Shown piece after piece: positions 61,901-64,000 of a stretch of 64,000 nucleotides of DNA. This DNA is from Gammaproteobacteria bacterium (GTDB lineage: Bacteria > Pseudomonadota > Gammaproteobacteria > GCA-001735895). The translations under genes and the position numbers were made by a program. Location of the stretch: positions 1 to 64,000 of the forward strand of contig JBNKUM010000062.1 of assembly GCA_050298595.1 (NCBI GenBank). Reading direction: 5' to 3'. Under the pieces are notes generated by a model, which saw only the letters and a program-made list of their open reading frames with translations, was not told the origin of the DNA and searched no databases. Every line of letters begins with the position of its first letter. The first letter of the stretch is position 1.

Positions 61901-63160
61901 TTATCTGGAGGTTAGATCCCATTTCTCGCTGGTGATGAATTTAAGTGCCTGGTGGGATTGTTTGAGTGCGTTAAAAGTGGCATCAAAATCAGGTGACTGA
62001 GCAAAGATAAAACCCAGGTAACTAGATCCTCTGGGTAGCGGAATCAATTCGTACCCTGGCTGGATATGAATTTCTACATTACTGATATATTTGATCTGTT
62101 GCGCTTTAGTCATGCCTTCAACGCGTTTTAGTACACCATTATTTTGAATGGGTATCATCAGCACACCGGCATAAAGGTCTGTACGCTTGAGCTTCACAAG
62201 CGGCTCGCAAGCTAATTTTATAATGATTTCTTCAAGTTTTACCCCCAGGACATATTCTATGGTTTGTGCGCATTGTCCACCGATCGTCCTGGAAGCTATT
62301 TCAATCAAATAAGGTCCCTTCTCAGTGATTCTTACCTCAGCATGAATCGGCCCGTGAATCAGTCCATAGGCATGACAGCACTTTTCAATTTCACCAATAA
62401 TCTGTTGTTGTGTGTGATCAGGCAGATTACTGGGCGTTATATAGTAACTCTCTTCAAAGTAGGGGCCATTCAGGGGCTCAGGTTTGTCAAACATTGCCAA
62501 CGGGATTATGCGACCCTCCTTAACAAAACCGTCAAAAGCAATTTCTTTCCCGGCAAGAAATGACTCAACTAGGAAATGACTCTTCTCGAACTCAGACCCA
62601 TTTTCATTTTGTAAAATGTCCCTGATGGTTTCGGCGGCTCGGGTAAACTCAATGACGCTATTAGCTCTAATCACACCGCGACTTCCTGACAGCATTAATG
62701 GTTTAAGGACTACCGGGTAGATCAGGTTTTGCGCAACTGTCGCGACATTTGAAAACCGGCAAACCTGGAACTCCGGTACATTGCAACCTTGTCGTTTGAG
62801 ACATTCTCTAGCGAGATCCTTACGGTAGGTAAGTAGGGATGACTGGGGGTCGTTGTGCGGAAGCTTGAGAGCATTCGCGATGCGACTGGTAATGGGAGCA
62901 ACTGAGTCATCGGTAGCTATCACCGTTTTAATATTGAGGGTTTTGGCAGCGTTTAGGACGGTTTGAATCGCTGACTCGGGCTGTGAAAAATCAACAGTAA
63001 TGCCACTGGCGATATGAGAAACTAAGGAGTGTTTACTATTAGAAACTACCAGTAATTGGTAATTTAACTGTTGTACTGCATTGATATAGCTAGCTACGCG
63101 GTAGCTTAATGCAGGTGCAATTAGTAAAACAAACCCTGAGTGTAAGTCAGGGTCTGTCAT
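61901..63160 (-). CDS. ATP-grasp domain protein
   Basis: SYR, YPVVLKPL.LSGSRGV, FDKPEPL.GPYFEE, HAE, IEIASRTIGG, YLGFIFA; start re-called to 63160. Confidence 0.88.
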   Translation of the reverse strand: MTDPDLHSGFVLLIAPALSYRVASYINAVQQLNYQLLVVSNSKHSLVSHIASGITVDFSQPESAIQTVLNAAKTLNIKTVIATDDSVAPITSRIANALKLPHNDPQSSLLTYRKDLARECLKRQGCNVPEFQVCRFSNVATVAQNLIYPVVLKPLMLSGSRGVIRANSVIEFTRAAETIRDILQNENGSEFEKSHFLVESFLAGKEIAFDGFVKEGRIIPLAMFDKPEPLNGPYFEESYYITPSNLPDHTQQQIIGEIEKCCHAYGLIHGPIHAEVRITEKGPYLIEIASRTIGGQCAQTIEYVLGVKLEEIIIKLACEPLVKLKRTDLYAGVLMIPIQNNGVLKRVEGMTKAQQIKYISNVEIHIQPGYELIPLPRGSSYLGFIFAQSPDFDATFNALKQSHQALKFITSEKWDLTSR

Positions 63161-63200
63161 TGAAGAGTTTATTGGTGAAAAACCTGGGAGGTATTCGTAA

Positions 63201-63638
63201 TCAGGCGCAACCGCCACCAGCAGAACCACAGGATCCACAGGTGCCCGAGCCACCTGTTTCGGCGAAAACATTATTGAATACAAATCGCTCGCGTCCAATT
63301 TCTTCGATATAGTCGATCTGAGCACCACGCAGATAATTTAGTGCAACTACATCAACCATCACTTTGAAACCATCAAATTCCTGAACGGTATCAAATTCGG
63401 TAATCTGGTCAGTAAAGGTCATACCATAAGACATGCCGCCACAACCGCCGCCACCGACGTAAATACGGATGCCTTCGACATCATCTTCAGATTGACTCAC
63501 GATTTCAGCCAGTTTGGATTGAGCCGATGCTGTCACTTCAAGATCACTTTCGGTCAGTTTAGTACTGAATATATCCGAAATAGAGGCTTCGGATGCATTG
63601 TTTGCTGCAGGTGGGGTATAGATTCCAACTTCGGACAT
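63201..63638 (-). CDS. HesB/IscA-family (A-type) Fe-S carrier-like protein
   Basis: GIRIYVGGGGCGGMSY, LRGAQIDY, FVFNN, atypical C-terminal CGSCG..GGGC. Confidence 0.85.
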   Translation of the reverse strand: MSEVGIYTPPAANNASEASISDIFSTKLTESDLEVTASAQSKLAEIVSQSEDDVEGIRIYVGGGGCGGMSYGMTFTDQITEFDTVQEFDGFKVMVDVVALNYLRGAQIDYIEEIGRERFVFNNVFAETGGSGTCGSCGSAGGGCA

Positions 63639-63941
63639 AATAATTTACCTAACTCTATGTGTTTGAACGGATATTAGCATATCAAGGGACCTGGATGACA
63701 ATGCTATTAGCATCTTTACAAAGGCATATTATATACAAATATGCTTTTAATATTCCCTGAAAAACGTAGTGATAGTCTATGTTGGGCTTGATTTGGTTAT
63801 TTCAAGCATTGTCTAAGGTTCGCGCTATAGTGCTATTGCCTGATCTGTTTTACAATACGCCGCTTTCTCATTCGCGGTCGTAACTGTTTTTAATAGCATT
63901 GTTATGGTCACCTGCTTACCAGAATTAATTGATACGATAAT

Positions 63942-64000
63942 ATGAAATGCCCTTTTTGCGGCACACCGGATACCCGTGTAGTCGACTCGCGCCTGGCGCA
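63942..64000 (+). CDS. nrdR: Transcriptional repressor NrdR, N-terminus (runs off window)
   Basis: MKCPFCGTPDTRVVDSRLA. Confidence 0.88.
   Translation, partial: MKCPFCGTPDTRVVDSRLA

Noticed and set aside
63161-63328. N-terminal extension of the ATP-grasp ORF
   Set aside because: Overlaps the HesB gene; ATG 63160 is the plausible start.

Overview
Chromosomal window from a Gammaproteobacterium. It is probably marine and sulfur-oxidising; this is inferred from a type I sulfide:quinone oxidoreductase, a SoxW-like thioredoxin and the smc/scpAB system. Three zones are visible. (1) 1-5.9 kb is the distal end of an integron gene-cassette array on the + strand. It holds six intact cassettes whose start and end core sites are perfectly complementary, and two of them encode HEPN-like proteins. 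A 166-bp MITE sits exactly at an attC GTT crossover point, a GH5 glycosidase gene follows a truncated attC, and decayed cassette remnants close the array. No integrase is in the window. (2) 16.6-25.8 kb is a large envelope-spanning redox locus: outer-membrane beta-barrel with SPOR/TPR domains, 14-heme and 21-heme c-type cytochromes and a His-rich inner-membrane protein (PCC3-like porin-cytochrome complex). It is divergently paired with a membrane-anchored, circularly permuted Fe-S/FAD/NAD(P)H oxidoreductase and an exported Sel1/ankyrin protein. This is the best candidate for a novel system: a possible NAD(P)H-to-cell-exterior electron conduit. (3) The rest is mostly core genes: cysZ, queF, smc-zipA-ligA, msrB, cyaY, yajQ, rsmJ, trpS-scpA-scpB-rluB, uvrB, sqr, thrS-infC-rpmI-rplT-pheST-ihfA, three tRNAs, asnB/glycosyltransferase, a Ser/Thr kinase-PP2C pair, HesB/ATP-grasp/YggX and the start of nrdR. 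All assignments come from motif recognition by eye; no database searches were run.
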